From Aplysia californica (taxonomy: Eukaryota), in the NCBI RefSeq assembly GCF_000002075.1, contig NW_004798372.1:81338-142242 (forward strand): a stretch of 60,905 nt of DNA, read 5' to 3'. A model generated the notes under the pieces. It saw only the letters and a list, made by a program, of their open reading frames with translations, was not told where the DNA came from and ran no database searches. A program made the translations under genes and the position numbers. Of this stretch, positions 25,701 through 40,700 are shown one piece after another. Every line of letters starts with the position of its first letter. Within the stretch, counting starts at the first letter, position 1.

Positions 25701-28700
25701 CCAGGACCTTTGAAAGAGAGGCGAACACCTTAACCTAGTGGCCACGAGAGCCCCCTTTCATAATTTTTACAAAAATGCATTTCAACAAATACCAAAAAAA
25801 ACACCAAAAAAAAACAAAAAAACTCAGGAGAATATGGTAACCAGTTTTTCAGTACTCACTTTGTTGATCATGGTCAATGTACACTCGAAGAGAGCATCGA
25901 AGATTTGAGGAATATCTTTTGTGATGCATCCCTGAGGGAGAAAACAAAAAAAAGTTGTGACAAGTTTTGACAAAATGGACCGTCTAAGCAAACAAAAAGT
26001 AAACAACAGTATGGGGATCACTCTCATTGCAAAATAAAACAAAAACTATATTTAGAGAAACATAAAACTGCACAGAGTCCGTTGAAATTAACTAATATCA
26101 AAATGAAATTTGAAATTGTTCCAAGTCACCTTTAATATGGAAGTGAAAAACGTTTCACAGCCTCATTATGAGTCAAACAATTTAAGGTACAGCAAAGGAA
26201 AAGGGTGGCACCCTCCAACAATCCACATATCATGCCATATCCTACCTTTAAACTGTTGACAATGGTTGCCATTGTACTGAGTACCTCCGGTTCTCGCGCG
26301 GCTGGCACATTCCTCTGGTAGTCCAGCAGAACAGCTTCCAGAAGAGGCAGGATAAAATTCTCGGCAACCTGAAGCACACACCAAAACAATAACAATAGAA
26401 ACATAAAAAGTAAATACAGGGAGGAGAATAAATACGGTTTGTGTAGCAAAAATCAAGGTATCTTCACCTATACAAAAAAACTACAAACTCCAGGAAAACC
26501 TAGAAACGGCCTCCGCCTGGGAATTATCACTGATAACAGAATATACACAAATTTTTCAACATAGAACCCATCAAAACTCAAAACCAAAAGGCTCAACGAG
26601 CCAGTCTGGACTATTACAAACTTTTGACCTGTCTCCAGTGCAATTTTCAGATTTATAGATGTGTATATATATCAATATATATTCATTGTACTTGGAAATT
26701 TGATAACATAAATGACAACATATCGCGACCTCAGTGCTTTCTTGTTGTATCTCTATTTTTTCATAACATTGAAAATGGGACTTCTTCTTAAGCTCACTCT
26801 TTGTTATGAACTGTTTTCACTGTAAAAAAAAAAAAAATGGAGATATGACAAGAAAGCACTGAGGTCGTGATATGTCATGTAGATACAAAATGATTATTTA
26901 GAGTAGCTATACTTACAACTACTGCAAACCCTTCCAGATCAAAACTTGGTATCAAGTCTCAAAGAAATCTCAGAGCATGAAACAAAAGAAACCTGTGTGC
27001 TCCAAGATCTTTCGTTCTTTTTTTTTGTGTTGTTTCAAATATTTTACTCTTTTGATCATGAAGGAGTCAGACTGCAACGACCCCTCCAGTCAAGGCAAAC
27101 CTAGACTATGTGGTACTGCACCCCAGCAGAAAGACTAAGAGCTCAACAAAGGAACACAAACATGAAATACGATGTTGTTGGTCCCAAACATACATCTTCA
27201 ATCTTTTTTCCCAAAACACAGTCAAGTGATAAGTGACATATACCACCTATGTATATTTTCTCTTCTCACCATCTGTGGGTCTGTTGACCGGTTGACCCAG
27301 CCCGAGATCAGCTTGAGAGTCTCCTTTTTCACTGTCCTCATGGAGCGGATCAGCGGCTGTTTGGTCACACTCTCTCCGTTGGTGGCGATAGCACTACTGA
27401 TGTTCTCACTCATCACCTGGTGACACATGGTGCACATTTTACACAGGAGCTAATCAATTCATAGACTCATGCAGGATGGTGAGACAATTTGCTATGTATG
27501 CTGAGGTATGTGTTCAGAATGCAAAAAGGGCATGGTCTGGACTAGGGTGAGGGGCTGAAAAAGTTGGGTGTTAAAAAGTACAACAGTGAAAATACACCGA
27601 GTTCTAGAATTCAAATGATTGCACACAAAAAAACGAAAATCCCCTTCACATCGCTCTCTACCATCCCTCACCTTGTACACATTGAGCATGTCGAGGTAAA
27701 TGCGTCCGAGCTGCACCACGTAGGGATGTCCCAGCGCCTTGCAGGCCCGCACATTGGTCTTGAGGATGTTAGCCAGCTGTTTGACCGCTTCTGGGTCCTT
27801 TAACACTTGCACATTGTGGGTGGCCTGGTTTATGATGCCATCCCACACCTGAGCACACAGCCACACACGGGGAAAGAGAAAGACGGATACTCATTAATAT
27901 TACAGCATGAACAAGTCACTACAAGCTCAAAAAAGTTTAGGTAACATGCTTTATTTTATTTTTTTCAGAATGACTCAAAAAACATGATACTGTACATTAA
28001 AACTGCTTTTAGCATTGTAAACATTCATAGGGGATATCTGTCGTACAAGAAACAGATATCCAAAAATGTTACAGTCCGGTTTTCTTCAATTTGTAAGAAA
28101 ACAGACAGCTTTTCCAAAATATAACAAACAGAAGAATGGAATATTTTTTAAATACAAAATTTCATGAAACAGATTTTTAAAAAAAAATATATTGATGCAA
28201 ACATGCTTATTTGACTTCTCTCTGCTTAAACAAATCTTGACCCATGGTCCGGAAAAAAAATAACAACCCAGATGAGTCTGCCACCTAACAATCTCTGCTA
28301 GCACAGAACCCCAAGCCCTCACCTGGTTGGGCAGCAGCATGTAACGTTCAATGAGGTGCTCCTGGGCCAGTTGGTCTGTCTGCGCCCCGATCATGAGGCC
28401 GACGGCCTCGTAGAACGTGTGCACCTGCTGGGGCTGCAGGTCACAGATGATGGTGTTGATGCCGTTCAGGATCTCCTCGATGAAGGGCATCACCTCGCCC
28501 ACCTGCACTTGCACAAAGTGGCGACGACACTTCTGGGCAATCTTGATGAAAGTATCGCACGCCATGTCTTGTACACCGTCATGGGTTTCTGAAAGGAAAC
28601 AGAAAGGTAAATATTCAGTCAGAGGAGAAGAAAAACAAAAACTTCCTTTTTCAAACTAAAGACTGATGAGTAAATACAGGTGAAGGTGGGCAAAGGTAAC

Positions 28701-31700
28701 AATCATTTTAGTTTCTTTAAATTTAACACTCCCGCCCTCCCCAAATTATATAACCAATTTCTTCTTAGTCAAACTAGAAGTAAAACATATTCACCATACA
28801 CATTGAACACATCTAAAAATCAACAAAGAAAAATTTTTTTTTAAAAACAGAGCACAAAGTCGAGAAGTAAATGACCATTAAAGAGATACTTTTAGTGCAA
28901 CACAATAAGGTCATATAAGTGCCGAAGATTAGAGGTGTTACAAGAAAGTCACAAACACAAAAAAGAAGGAGGGGAGATAAAGACGACAGATGTCTGACAG
29001 GAAAGAAGAAGCAAACCACACCACAGCACCCGCCAACCACCCACAAATAAGATACAACATCTTGATTTATACTCAGACCATTAACCTCTTCGCTGCCGCG
29101 CCCATAGAATTTACGGGCCTAAGACTGGTTGTTTTGATACCAATTATAAGGAAAATTACTGCTAAAATTTTGTAATTATTATTGGGGTACCTTCCCTTTA
29201 TATTGACCTACTCCCCCCCCCATTTGAAAGCGTCAGATTCAGATTTTTAGCTCGAACAGAGGATTAGATCTAGATTCACCGCACAAAAAAGATTTACTGG
29301 CAGTAAACACAGATCAGCTTACATGTATATTTAGGCGTTGTATAAGGTAGGAAAAGCCTCTTTACCTGTAAACACTCACATAACATGTATTCCCCTTTTT
29401 TTGGTCTCAGTTATAAGACAATTATAAACACGAGCAGCGTCCTCTAAAAATTAAAGATTTTTTCCAACAGTGAGCCACTCACCATGCATAAACTCAAAGA
29501 GTTTGTTGACCACTGTTTTGAGGAACCTCCAGTGGGCCCTGAGGAAGCGTGGGTACTGGCCCACCACGTACATGATGTTGGAGGCGATGATGGCCTTGTT
29601 GTCCTTGCCACGCTTTTGCTCACACAAGCCCAGCAAGTCCTGCGTGGGATTCAAGAGAGACAACAGTAAAGACTTAAAGCACGTTCAAAGCGATACGCTG
29701 CCCTTTAATTCACACCAAAACAATTTAATGATGAGAGAATAGGGGTGCCACATAGAACAAATAACCCCACAGCGAAATCAAAATCCGTAACGTTCAATGT
29801 TCCCGCAAATACTAAATTTCTAGAGGTGGCACCCCTAAACATACCATTTAACCCCAAACAAACACACTTCTGAAACATATATATATATTTCTTATAGCGG
29901 CATGGCATTACATCTCAATCGTCAGAAACAATCTCTTAAAATGATCAATCTTTCTCGTGTCTAGAATCAAAATTATTCACCCATTTTTGTTTGTCATCGA
30001 GTTGCATTTTACGATGGCCACACTGCACACAACAAACAAAAAACTGCAAATTAGTATAACAGTGAAACTGAAAAGAATGAGAAGACCACAGCAGAGAACC
30101 CAGTAACCATCCTCTACTGATCGGAAATTTACAAGAAGAAAAAGAGGGAAAAAGAAAAATGTTTAACCCAGCAAACCACTAAGAATTAACTGCACTATGG
30201 AAGTACCATCCGCGGGCAACATCTCTCACCTTAATGACTGTGACCAAGAATCTCTTCTCATCATCTTCATGCATGGCACCACTGATAGAGCCAATGGCCC
30301 AACAAATCTGAGGAACAAAATGTACAATGCAGGCCAAGAGTCAGTCATACAAGTTCCATCAGTCTAAGTAAATTGATTTGGTTCAACAAAAAAACATGCC
30401 TTGAAACCATTTTAATTAAATCGAGCATATATCGACTGCTCGGTGCAAGACTCCGTAATATGTCACTTTTTACAAAGATGTGTGTTGGAGTCTTACACTA
30501 AGTGGAGGATATAATTATTGCAACTGCTTTCGCAGACATGTACTTTCCTTAAATCTTCTTTTTACAACAAATACTTTACAGCTTATCCAGGTACTGAAGT
30601 ACACTACAGGTCCGCTGATTTTCATAACTGAATTCTCTTGATTAGATCTATCTAAAGCTGTAGAGAAAAATCCTGTTCCTCTTGGCCTGAACATAAAGGC
30701 AATCTCAGCATGCTTCAACCCATTCCCCTTGACTCATTTATATGAACTAACTACAGGGTCCCCACCAAATCCTGGACAATTTTTTCAAGACCCCAATTCA
30801 AGGGAAAAATCAGGCCGCTGCGCGTCAAGAATGATCCCAAAAAAAGCCAATCTATCAAAGATAAAAAGTCAAAATGTCTATAAATGAATGCAAATGTACA
30901 TTTTGTAGTATTAGTCTCCAAACAATAGATGACTATAATACTGAGTGACTGACAAACCAGCTTCTCAATTTTCCAAGGGAGGGGCCTCATCCATTTTCCA
31001 GGAACACGTTACATAACAATGAAAGCGTGTGCTCCATTTATATCTAATATAATACATGTATTTGTTTGTGAATACACACACACACACACATGTAGGTACA
31101 TTATATCCAGTTAACAACATGTCAGTGTGGCACTGGGATCTTGAGAGACTTTGATATTTCAATCTGTTCTTACTTATTTATATTTTCCCATCATCATATT
31201 AGCCAACATAACAAACTATAGACCCTATATAAAAAAATGAATCCTGTTTTGAGCCTTAAAAAAGACCTAGAACTAGAAAATCGACTGTCAATAACCAGTC
31301 TGGGTGTCCTGATTCATATAATAAACGTGAAGACGAAAACCATTGCTGCAACTCAAAGTAGAGTAATAACTAGAATGGCTCAAGTACACCTATTCAGTGT
31401 GAGAGGTGTAAGAACTGGGGGGCGGGCGCGGCGCAAGATGCAGTGACACTGAAAATCTGCCAATCTTGAACAGAAAGCTAATAAAATATAGATATAAATT
31501 ACAATCACCCCATCCAATGAAACGCGAACACTTTAGTTCAATAACAAGGCATGACGGATCCTGATTCCACACAAGGCCTGCACCAACGTGCGCTCTGCAG
31601 AGAGCTCTAAAGTAGTACTAGTAGTAATCAAAATGCTAAAAATTTGCTTCCAAGTTCAGTTTTTGTCCTCTAGCGTTGCCTTCAGCTCCCCCCCCCCCAA

Positions 31701-34700
31701 TCCCCGTCCACGAGTGTATCTTATAAAGGAGTCCTCTACTTCACAGCGCTCAGGCCGCCGGTACTCACAGGTTCATTGACCGGTCACGAGGGCGAACCTG
31801 TCAAGACGCTTGTATAACTCCTTTTTCTTTCTTTTTTTTCCACAAGCGACAGCAGAGGGCAATTTTTAATATTGATTTATTTTCAAGGAGACACACCGTT
31901 CATAATGCACAACCTGCATGTTACAAATGTTGCGTTATCTATCAGACTATTACCGGAAAATTTCTGGGCGGTAACGAAAGCAGATCTTGATTATTCCCGA
32001 TCGAGCCTCGGTGTCACACATACACTTCCGTCACAGCGGTTCAATTACATTTCTTCTTTAGGATTCATCAACCATACAGTCTAGATAGCTGCACATTATA
32101 CAGGCCCTATACTTTCCCGACTTACCGACCCATCACAAAATTCCCGACTTTTTCCCGACCTATCTCAAAATTCCCGACTTTTTCCCGATTTCCCGACCCT
32201 GTGGGGACCCTGTAACTACCATCATTCCTTGGATCCAGGGTTTGTTTTTGAACTCTATTATTTCCCAGATATGTTCAATTAATTAACAGAGGACACTGTG
32301 GGTAGGGACAAAATGTGAACATGTCTTCAGTCAGTATGCTTTTTGTTGCAGCACAGATATTTATCTCATCAATATTGGAAATTTAAAAAAATTTCTGGCC
32401 TTTTTATGTCTCTGCTTTGTCCTTTGTTCACTTTGTGATAAAACTGGTTTAAACTTCTAACTGGACACAAACGAGCAAAATAGTAACTTTACACAGAGAT
32501 AATTTTTTGCAGTATAGAAAGAAATAATAAAAGTGTTACACTGAAAAAGATACTCTCCTTTACTGTAAAGCATGTGAATTCTTAGAACAGAAATGCACAG
32601 ACCAGCAGACCACAATGACAGCAACAGGGAACGACAAATGAGAAGTGACTTACAGTATTTAGATTTTTCCACGACCATTCTGTGCCATTGACCTGATTGT
32701 GTAGTTTTTCAGTCATGATGTTTTCTGTATCGGTGTAGTCCAGATGAGTGAGGTACACTGAAAAGTGGAATCAAACTTCATGTAAGAATCTCCAATAAAA
32801 AATAGCACAACATACAAACTTTTCTAAAAAATAAAAAACAAGGAAAATCAACACCAAAACATACATTGTCAAACATAAACAAACTTCGAACTGTCCGCTT
32901 GCCACACCGATAACGTACAAAAAGAATCTAGTCTGCTATTTTCAATCTCTACTTTCCACCCACGCAGCGCGCAGAACGCAACACATATCCCCATGGACCA
33001 GGATACAGGTGCGGTACACTCTATATCAAACCGGCGCCGATCGGCGTCCCGTGGGGAAAAGGGACGGCTTCTTCCTGTCGCCCAATGGGGGCAAAGTGTT
33101 TTTTAAAAAACCAATATGCCCCAAAACTAAAGTTAAATCGAATATTTAATACCAATAACCAATTACATATAATTCACATGTAATTCAAAGCAAATTTATG
33201 AAAATAACCGCATTGATGTGTAAGCGGCTATTACGCTTTAATTTTTTCATTTTCTCACATGCTTTGTTATGTTTCAATTTTGAAATGTATAAATGATAAG
33301 AAAGAGTGACTTACCTAATGTTTCCCTCATATTTTTATACAAGTTGATTGAGTCTGTGTCTTTCATGAACTCCCTCACCACTTCCCCCTGGTCATTCTCC
33401 ACCACAAGGACCTCCTCAGGTTTTGCCATTCGTGAGATCATCACCAAACGGACCTGTGAAGATTCAACAAGGTTTGTTCATGAACTAGATATACAACTCA
33501 AATGTAAGATGTCGACGACTCATCAGTAATCAGGACCAGGACATTCGTTTAAGAAGAATTCACAAAATCAGCAATAAAAATTAAAATGCAAATGCTAAAA
33601 TGCCAAATAAAAACCCACATCATGAATCAAAGATGAGATGATAAAAGCTGTATACTGACATATCCTTGGTCGAAAAGACCTGCAAAACACATAACTGATA
33701 GTAACAATTGTAGCATACCGCGCAGATATACCTGATAAACTTTTTGAGTTGTGATTGATATTTAGCATGGAAACAGCCACATTTCACCAACATAAGGACA
33801 AGAACATCGAAAAGAAGTAGAGGGAGCTCACCCCACTACAGCCCCCGTCAATCTCCCGCACATAATTTTTTAAGTAACAAGCACAAATAAAGAAATGAAA
33901 TATTGTTCTGCAAAACCAAGCATCCAGTCCAAACCAGAATATAACAAATGTTCTTGTTGAAAAATTGGGTCCATTTTCTTCCACACAATAAGCACAAAAA
34001 GCAGCCATCAACAATTATATTTCTAGTGCTGGTGTACTACTGGTCAAAACATTGAACATCAGCCAGAGAGACAATCCCACAAAGCAGGCATTAATATTTA
34101 TGCAAAAATATCTAAGTGAAAATTACTTTGTTTTACTATGACTTTCACTCCCTTACTAGCCAAAAACAAAATACTCATGTGTTGTAGGTATGGTGCTAGA
34201 ATCATCCCCTTCAAAATTAAAAAAACCTGCACTCACTTTTGAAAGCACAGGGTTATACAGTAATCTTCTGGCTGGCATCTCTTGGTTCTGATTTCGCAGT
34301 TGAGAGAAAATGAGTGGTGGTGATGATGAATCTGAGAAAGGATTTTCACGGTACAACTCCGAGGCCAGGGAGCTCCAATATTCCAGGCAGATTTTGAAGA
34401 TTTCAACCTCCTCCACATGTGAGATCAGGATCAGGTAATGCAACGACTGTAAAATTCAGAACAGGAATATGTTCAATCGTTGGAAATTTTTTTAAAAACC
34501 TGACAAAGACACCAAAAAGACAGAAATAATGGCGTATTTTGTCATTGACAAAGCTTTTTTTGTTTTTGTATTCGTTTCTGTTATAACATACAAAATGAAT
34601 GAAGTAAACCTTGATTTCAAAGGGGGAATGAAAGTTTTAAAACACTTGACAGACAAATTTGAGTTTTACTCTTACTAAGTATCAAGTATATGTTCTTCAC

Positions 34701-37700
34701 ACAGGAAAACAAAATTCAGTTCAGGCATTTTTCATTCCAACTAAATACTGAAAACTAAGGCAAGGTAGCTCACTGGTTCATCTGATGAAAAAAAGGAGTT
34801 CAAAAGCAGCACATTTTAGTTTAATATTGCAAATTGACAGACACAGTTAATTCAACTGGCAAAAATATAGCACAACTCCGATTTACCTCCATTAAGAGAG
34901 AATGCAATTCTGGTTTTTTCTCCACTAACTGGGCATGTTCTTTGAGGAAGGTACAAAGGAATAAACTGAGGTTCTGAATAAAGTTCTGTTCATCATCTGT
35001 GCCACCCTGGTATGCCTCTTTAATGTTGGTCTCCAAAGGAAGCATCTGAAACAGTTGAGGACAGACATTGTAAGGTAGAAATAAAACGATGAGGACATTA
35101 ATCATTTATCCAAAGATGTAAGTCTCGTGTTAAGAATATTCAAGCATCCTAGTAATAATGGTCGTTTAATGCTGGGTAAAAGCAAGGCAAACAGATTTGA
35201 AACTATACACATAATAAAGAAACTAATGAGAGATAATGTTAGCAATAACAGAACTAGAAATACATTATACTTTCAATATCATCCACAAAACAAAATACAT
35301 CCAATACAAAATAATTCAGTTCAGAGCACTTTCACTTCTGCACATCTATGCATACATTTGTTTATCTAATTATGGCTATTCAAGACACATACATGCACAT
35401 TTCTTATGCAGTTGCGAGCACCATAAAACCTCTACTAAAACTAAAAACTAAACAAGCAAATTTTCTTGTTCTTTCGTTCTCACACACAAGCACAGACCCC
35501 GTAGGTAACTACCAATATAAATTTCTGACACCCCTCCCCTTCTTAACCACCAATACAGATGAATAATTTATTGCGAACCTGTTTGAGTTGATTCATCCCA
35601 AGAGTAAACAGTTGAAGGAATTGCTCATCATAGCTCTGCGCAGCTTGAACACCAGCTGAAGATACAAAGACAATTATATAACCTAAATAAAACTAATGTA
35701 GGATTTGGACTTCTAAACAGGGTTCCCACTCATCATAACAATTAAGTGCAAGATCCGCAGGAGACATGCGATGATGAAGATTCGCCATTCATTTCCTTGC
35801 TAGGATGCTCTCAAAGTCATATAATCCTGATCTTTCCCAATCACCCATCTGTTAGGCTCTCCAAGTAAGTTGCTCTGGGTCTACCACTGACTCTCACTCA
35901 TCAAAGAGACAAAAATTTACTCCTGGATTTTGTAAGCATTTTCCAAGGGATTTTTTTTTTAAAAAGATGACAGAGCGAAAGCGAAGAAGAAGACATGAAC
36001 AGAAATGCAAGATAAAATGCATAATATGGTCAGATCATGGATAGTCCCTTTCCATGGAGTGTCATGGACAGGGGTTGTAGAATAACTGTAATGTCAATAA
36101 AGGCATAATGACAAAGGTCTCCACAGGCTCACCGTCGTAGAGTTAAGAATGGAAAAAAAAGTTTGATTCTTGCGAAAATAAAAGAACCGCTCAGGATGTT
36201 CTATATGCCTTTGACTCTGATTGTGCACTACTACGCAACATGATGCACACTGCGGCTGACTGTCTCAGTTTCAATCTTGATCTGCTTTTTTGGTTGCAAA
36301 AGCAAAAGAATTTTTTCACCTTTGACAAACTAATGTTGGCCTTTTTTTCCAAGACTTTTCAAGACCAGATTTCTTTTTTCCAATAAAAATAATGTGTCAT
36401 TTTGGAAGAAAATTTGTTCTAGTTTGGTATTTCTTTATTTTGAATGCGTAAAGTTGAGGCCTTCTAAACTTCAAGGAAATATTTTAACAATAGATCAGGT
36501 TAAAAATTTGTTTTTCTAAGACTTTTCAGGGGCTCTCGTGACCTAGAGGTTAAGGTGTTGGCCTCTCATTCAAAGGTCCCGGGTTTGAATCAGGGTAGCG
36601 ACGGAAATACTTTTTTCTCTACTCTAAAATTGTCTCCTTTCCTACTCTCTAGCAATGGTCTGCCGTCTGCTTTCGTCTCCACTTTCTGCCCCCACCTCCT
36701 CTGCCCTCTCTTCTTGGCTCCTGACTCTTTCTGTAGCCTTTCTACTGCTACTCCTTGGCTCCTCCTTACTGCTGTCTTTCAGCCACACCCCTGATCTTCT
36801 GGTAGGAGAGATCTACACTTAGCCTTCTCGGACAAGGGCAAAAAAATATCGGAGGTCGCAGGTGCACGTTAAAGATCCTTTGGTGGTCTAAAATTGATAA
36901 GAATAGGCTTCGGCCGCCACCTGCATAGAATTCAAAAGAACCTACCAACTGAAAATGTTTGGTGTGTCCCGCGCGCTCATATGACCTTAGGCAGTTGTGA
37001 TCGCCGCAAAACACTCACCCAATTTTTTTTTTTAAAATAAGACTTTTCCCAGAATTTTGCCAATTTCCCAAAATTCCAAGAGTTTTCCAGTAAGTTCAAG
37101 TAGCCAAAGAGCAAATAAGTTTTCAAAAGTCGGACTTAGGGATGTTACAATAATATTATATCTAAGTAAAATTGGAGGGGGGTGCCCAAACCAAACCATA
37201 ACTATTCCACCAAATTCTTATGATGCGCATCCCCTTGATTTTCCGACTTTCTCACTCTTTTTTGTGTGTTTTCATTCATTTTCAAGGTGCTTTCCAGACC
37301 AGGAAATCTAAAAATGAAATTCCTGGCTTACTCCCATTTTCCAGCTGAGTGGGAACCCTGTCTCATGTATTCTTTATCAAAAGAAGAGTAGACAACTACA
37401 TCCTTACACAAATGCAAAAAAACAACTAAACTCAATTCTTTTTTTTTTAAAAAGCTAGACTCCCACTACTTTCCTCAACAACAAAAAAGGCCAGCACATA
37501 TTGGTGCTGGTCCCAACACATTTGATAACAGTTATCTTGGCCATTGAGGATCTGCTATGCAGAAAGCCTCACATTAATACAAAAAGTTAGTAAACATACA
37601 TAAAAATTTTTAAAAAAGAATTATATATATATTTTTATAAACCTGAAGTGCATCCTTACTATTTACATTGAAAATTACATTTTTGCACCAGACCTGAGCC

Positions 37701-40700
37701 ATTCTCAAAAGGCTGGCTTATAAACATTTCAACATGCCTAAATTTACAGTCGAATGTGCTCTTCAGAATATAATGCATCCTTTACTAGATGCGTTACTTT
37801 CAATACAACCTTTACTAGATCATTTACTTTCTAAAACCAAAGACATTTCTTTAAAAAGTTGAGAACTTTGGTTGATTTCATATTCAAACAAACACTTTCA
37901 CATTTTTCAATAGAAAAAGGTTGATTTCATGCAGCTTCATTTGAGTTTTCTTGAACTTCATGAGAAAAAGGTGACGGTTCAGACATGCTTCTCCTTTGAA
38001 AATGGCTCATCTGTTCAACAAAATCAAGAATAATAAAGCACTGATAAAAACTGAAAACCTACCAATTTCAGTCAGACACTTCATTGTGATGTTTCTAAAC
38101 ATGGGGACATTCAGGAACTGAAAAAGAACATTTTGATGTAAGAAAACCAACCAAGACAATCCAATATTTTTTATTTTATAAAAAAAAAAAAAAACCCACT
38201 AAAAATTATATTGATTGAAAGTAAAGAGACTTCCTCTTTAGCAATGGTATGAAAGTATTCATGAGAAGTACTACTGCACAGAAAAAATGGATGAAAGTCG
38301 CAATAACAATATTGAGGAAAACTGGATTAAAGGTAATTTTTTCACAAATATGCCTCTATGATCTGTATAAATATTTTAACTTTTCATCCGAGCAAGGATG
38401 TTACTTACATTAAATAGTAAAAGGAGGGTTCACCCATGTTAAACACTAAAGACAATGTTTATAGCAAAGTACACCCACGAGTTCTTTCTAACACAATAAC
38501 AGAAACGAAATACCAAAACTCAGAAAAGTGTCTGTTTAATTTGAATAAAACTTTATAAAAAGATAAAACATTTGAACGTATGGAGACAGAGGTTATCATT
38601 TCACATGAAAGTCAATTTGAAAAGGAAAAAGTTTACCTAGCTTAAAGTCAAACAGATTGCTATAAAATTAGCACTCTCTTAAAAATCAATGACATTTGTG
38701 TTCTCCACGATAAAATAGTGGCAAAAATATGCAGAAAAGATACCTTGTAAATGAGGGTGGTAATGAGTTTGGTCTCAAAGATATATCCCAGTGGAATCCA
38801 GTTGAGGAACCTCAGCAAGGTCTCTAGTGTGGCTCCCACCAGCGGAGCATTCTGGCTGTTGTCCTGGGAAGACACATGATCACATTTCAAAATGCAGAAC
38901 GGCATTGAGTTGCTTTAGGCTATTCAGTGCAATAATGACCAAACTTCATGTGGAGCAGCTATGGATAACTGTGAGATACAGAAGAAGCGAAAGAACTAGG
39001 CTACAACAGGTAAAAGGCTTCTATACACACTCATAAAACAAGAACTAGTTTCTACAATTTCTGTGCAACATAAAGCTAAAATAACGACAATTCATCTCAA
39101 TCCTTAAACAATAAATTCATTTTTTTATGTGATGGTCGACAAAAAAAAAAAAGAAGAACAAAAATAGCTCCATTTTGATGATCAAAAGGAATTGGAAGAA
39201 GACCTCAAGCTCTACATAAATTCCCTTACGAACAATAAGCAAACAAAACTAGAACAGTACTCCTCTAGACAAGAAGTAACTGGCCATACAGCGTTTTCAG
39301 TGTCTACGTCTCCTTGCGGCATTTCAAGTATACGCACTTTGAAAGACAACCCTATACAAATTCTCTATCAATGAGAGTCTAACTCACCATAACGAACTGG
39401 CAGAGTTGGAAGATTTGTGAGAATTCACTGCACATTGTGTCCTTGAGATGCTTTGCCTTTGCTTGAGTCATCTGACCACTAGAGAAGTCAAACACCTCCT
39501 CACTGAAAAAAAAAAAAATTTTTTTTTGTCAATCAAGCACTCAAAACACAAACATTCAAACATAAACACCTTTCTAGAATCTTAAAAGAGACAAAAACAA
39601 ACAAAAAATAAAACAAAGACACAAGGGCAAGTTGACATTCTTCCACAACTTCTTCACCCACCTGAGTAATTTGAGTATCACCATGTTGTTCTGACACAAT
39701 GACTCATTGGTCTTGCTAGCACCGATGATGTCACTGATAAAGGTGGGCCAGTTACGAGGCCATTCATACTTCAAAATCTGGAACAAAAAAACAGTGCAAA
39801 CAAAATTTTAAATATTCCCAATATCAACAAACAGGCAAAAATAGATTGAATCATAACAATAGGAAATGAAAACATTAGAACATTTTTTAAAGACACGACT
39901 TTACTGTATATTCATATTTATGGGCATTAATAAGTTGTTGCAAAGTTGACCTAAGATATAAAAAAATCTCCTGAGAAGGTAAAAGCAAGCCAACACTCAA
40001 ACTTCATGGCACCAGAGACAGAAATCATCACCTGTAAAACATCGCAATTCCCGAATACAAATCACCCCCCTCTTCATTCACTTTGGCAAGAGTGAAAAAA
40101 AAAAAGGACCTATCACAATTTCTAAACATGTTTAAACAGCTTACACAAACAAGGGTCTCAATGGTGGCAAAGTGGTAACAAACCTTATTCACAGCCACTG
40201 CCTGTACATTTTTTCCATTAATAATGAGTAAACACATATGTATCAAAGGCTGGATTTTCTTTTCATGATTTGACCCTACTTAAATTCATTAGCTTTATGC
40301 AAATTAGTGTACTTATCTTTAACAACAAGTTTACCTCCTACCTCTTTCAGAGTACCCAAAATTTTCTCTATTGTTCCACGCAGCCTCTCCTCTACCCCCG
40401 ACTTGGACCAACACCTTATACAGTCACAGTGAACAACTTGTTAAAATCTCTTTTTATGACAAGGCATTCAGGCCCACGAGCAAAAGCTCAATTTATGCTA
40501 GACTGACAATAACAACTCCATAACCAAATTGTCAACATTTGTAACAATGCGACAGCACAAGTACATTCCTTAAAGCAAATTAGAAGGAAAGAAAAGAAGG
40601 GATAGACTTAAAAGAAGATGGGAACAATACATAGAAACCCAGCTTGGAACCAAAACAACTCAAGCTGGCAGAATGGCAAGTGACAGATTGTTTTATTGCA

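Noticed and set aside
32113-32197. Short repeats resembling a CRISPR-like array
   Set aside because: Eukaryotic context, 8-bp units without unique regular spacers; explained as transposon subterminal repeats.
35769-35833. Possible intronic C/D snoRNA (ATGATGA...CTGA)
   Set aside because: It is on the strand opposite XPO1 transcription, inside a hAT-like element, and has no terminal stem.
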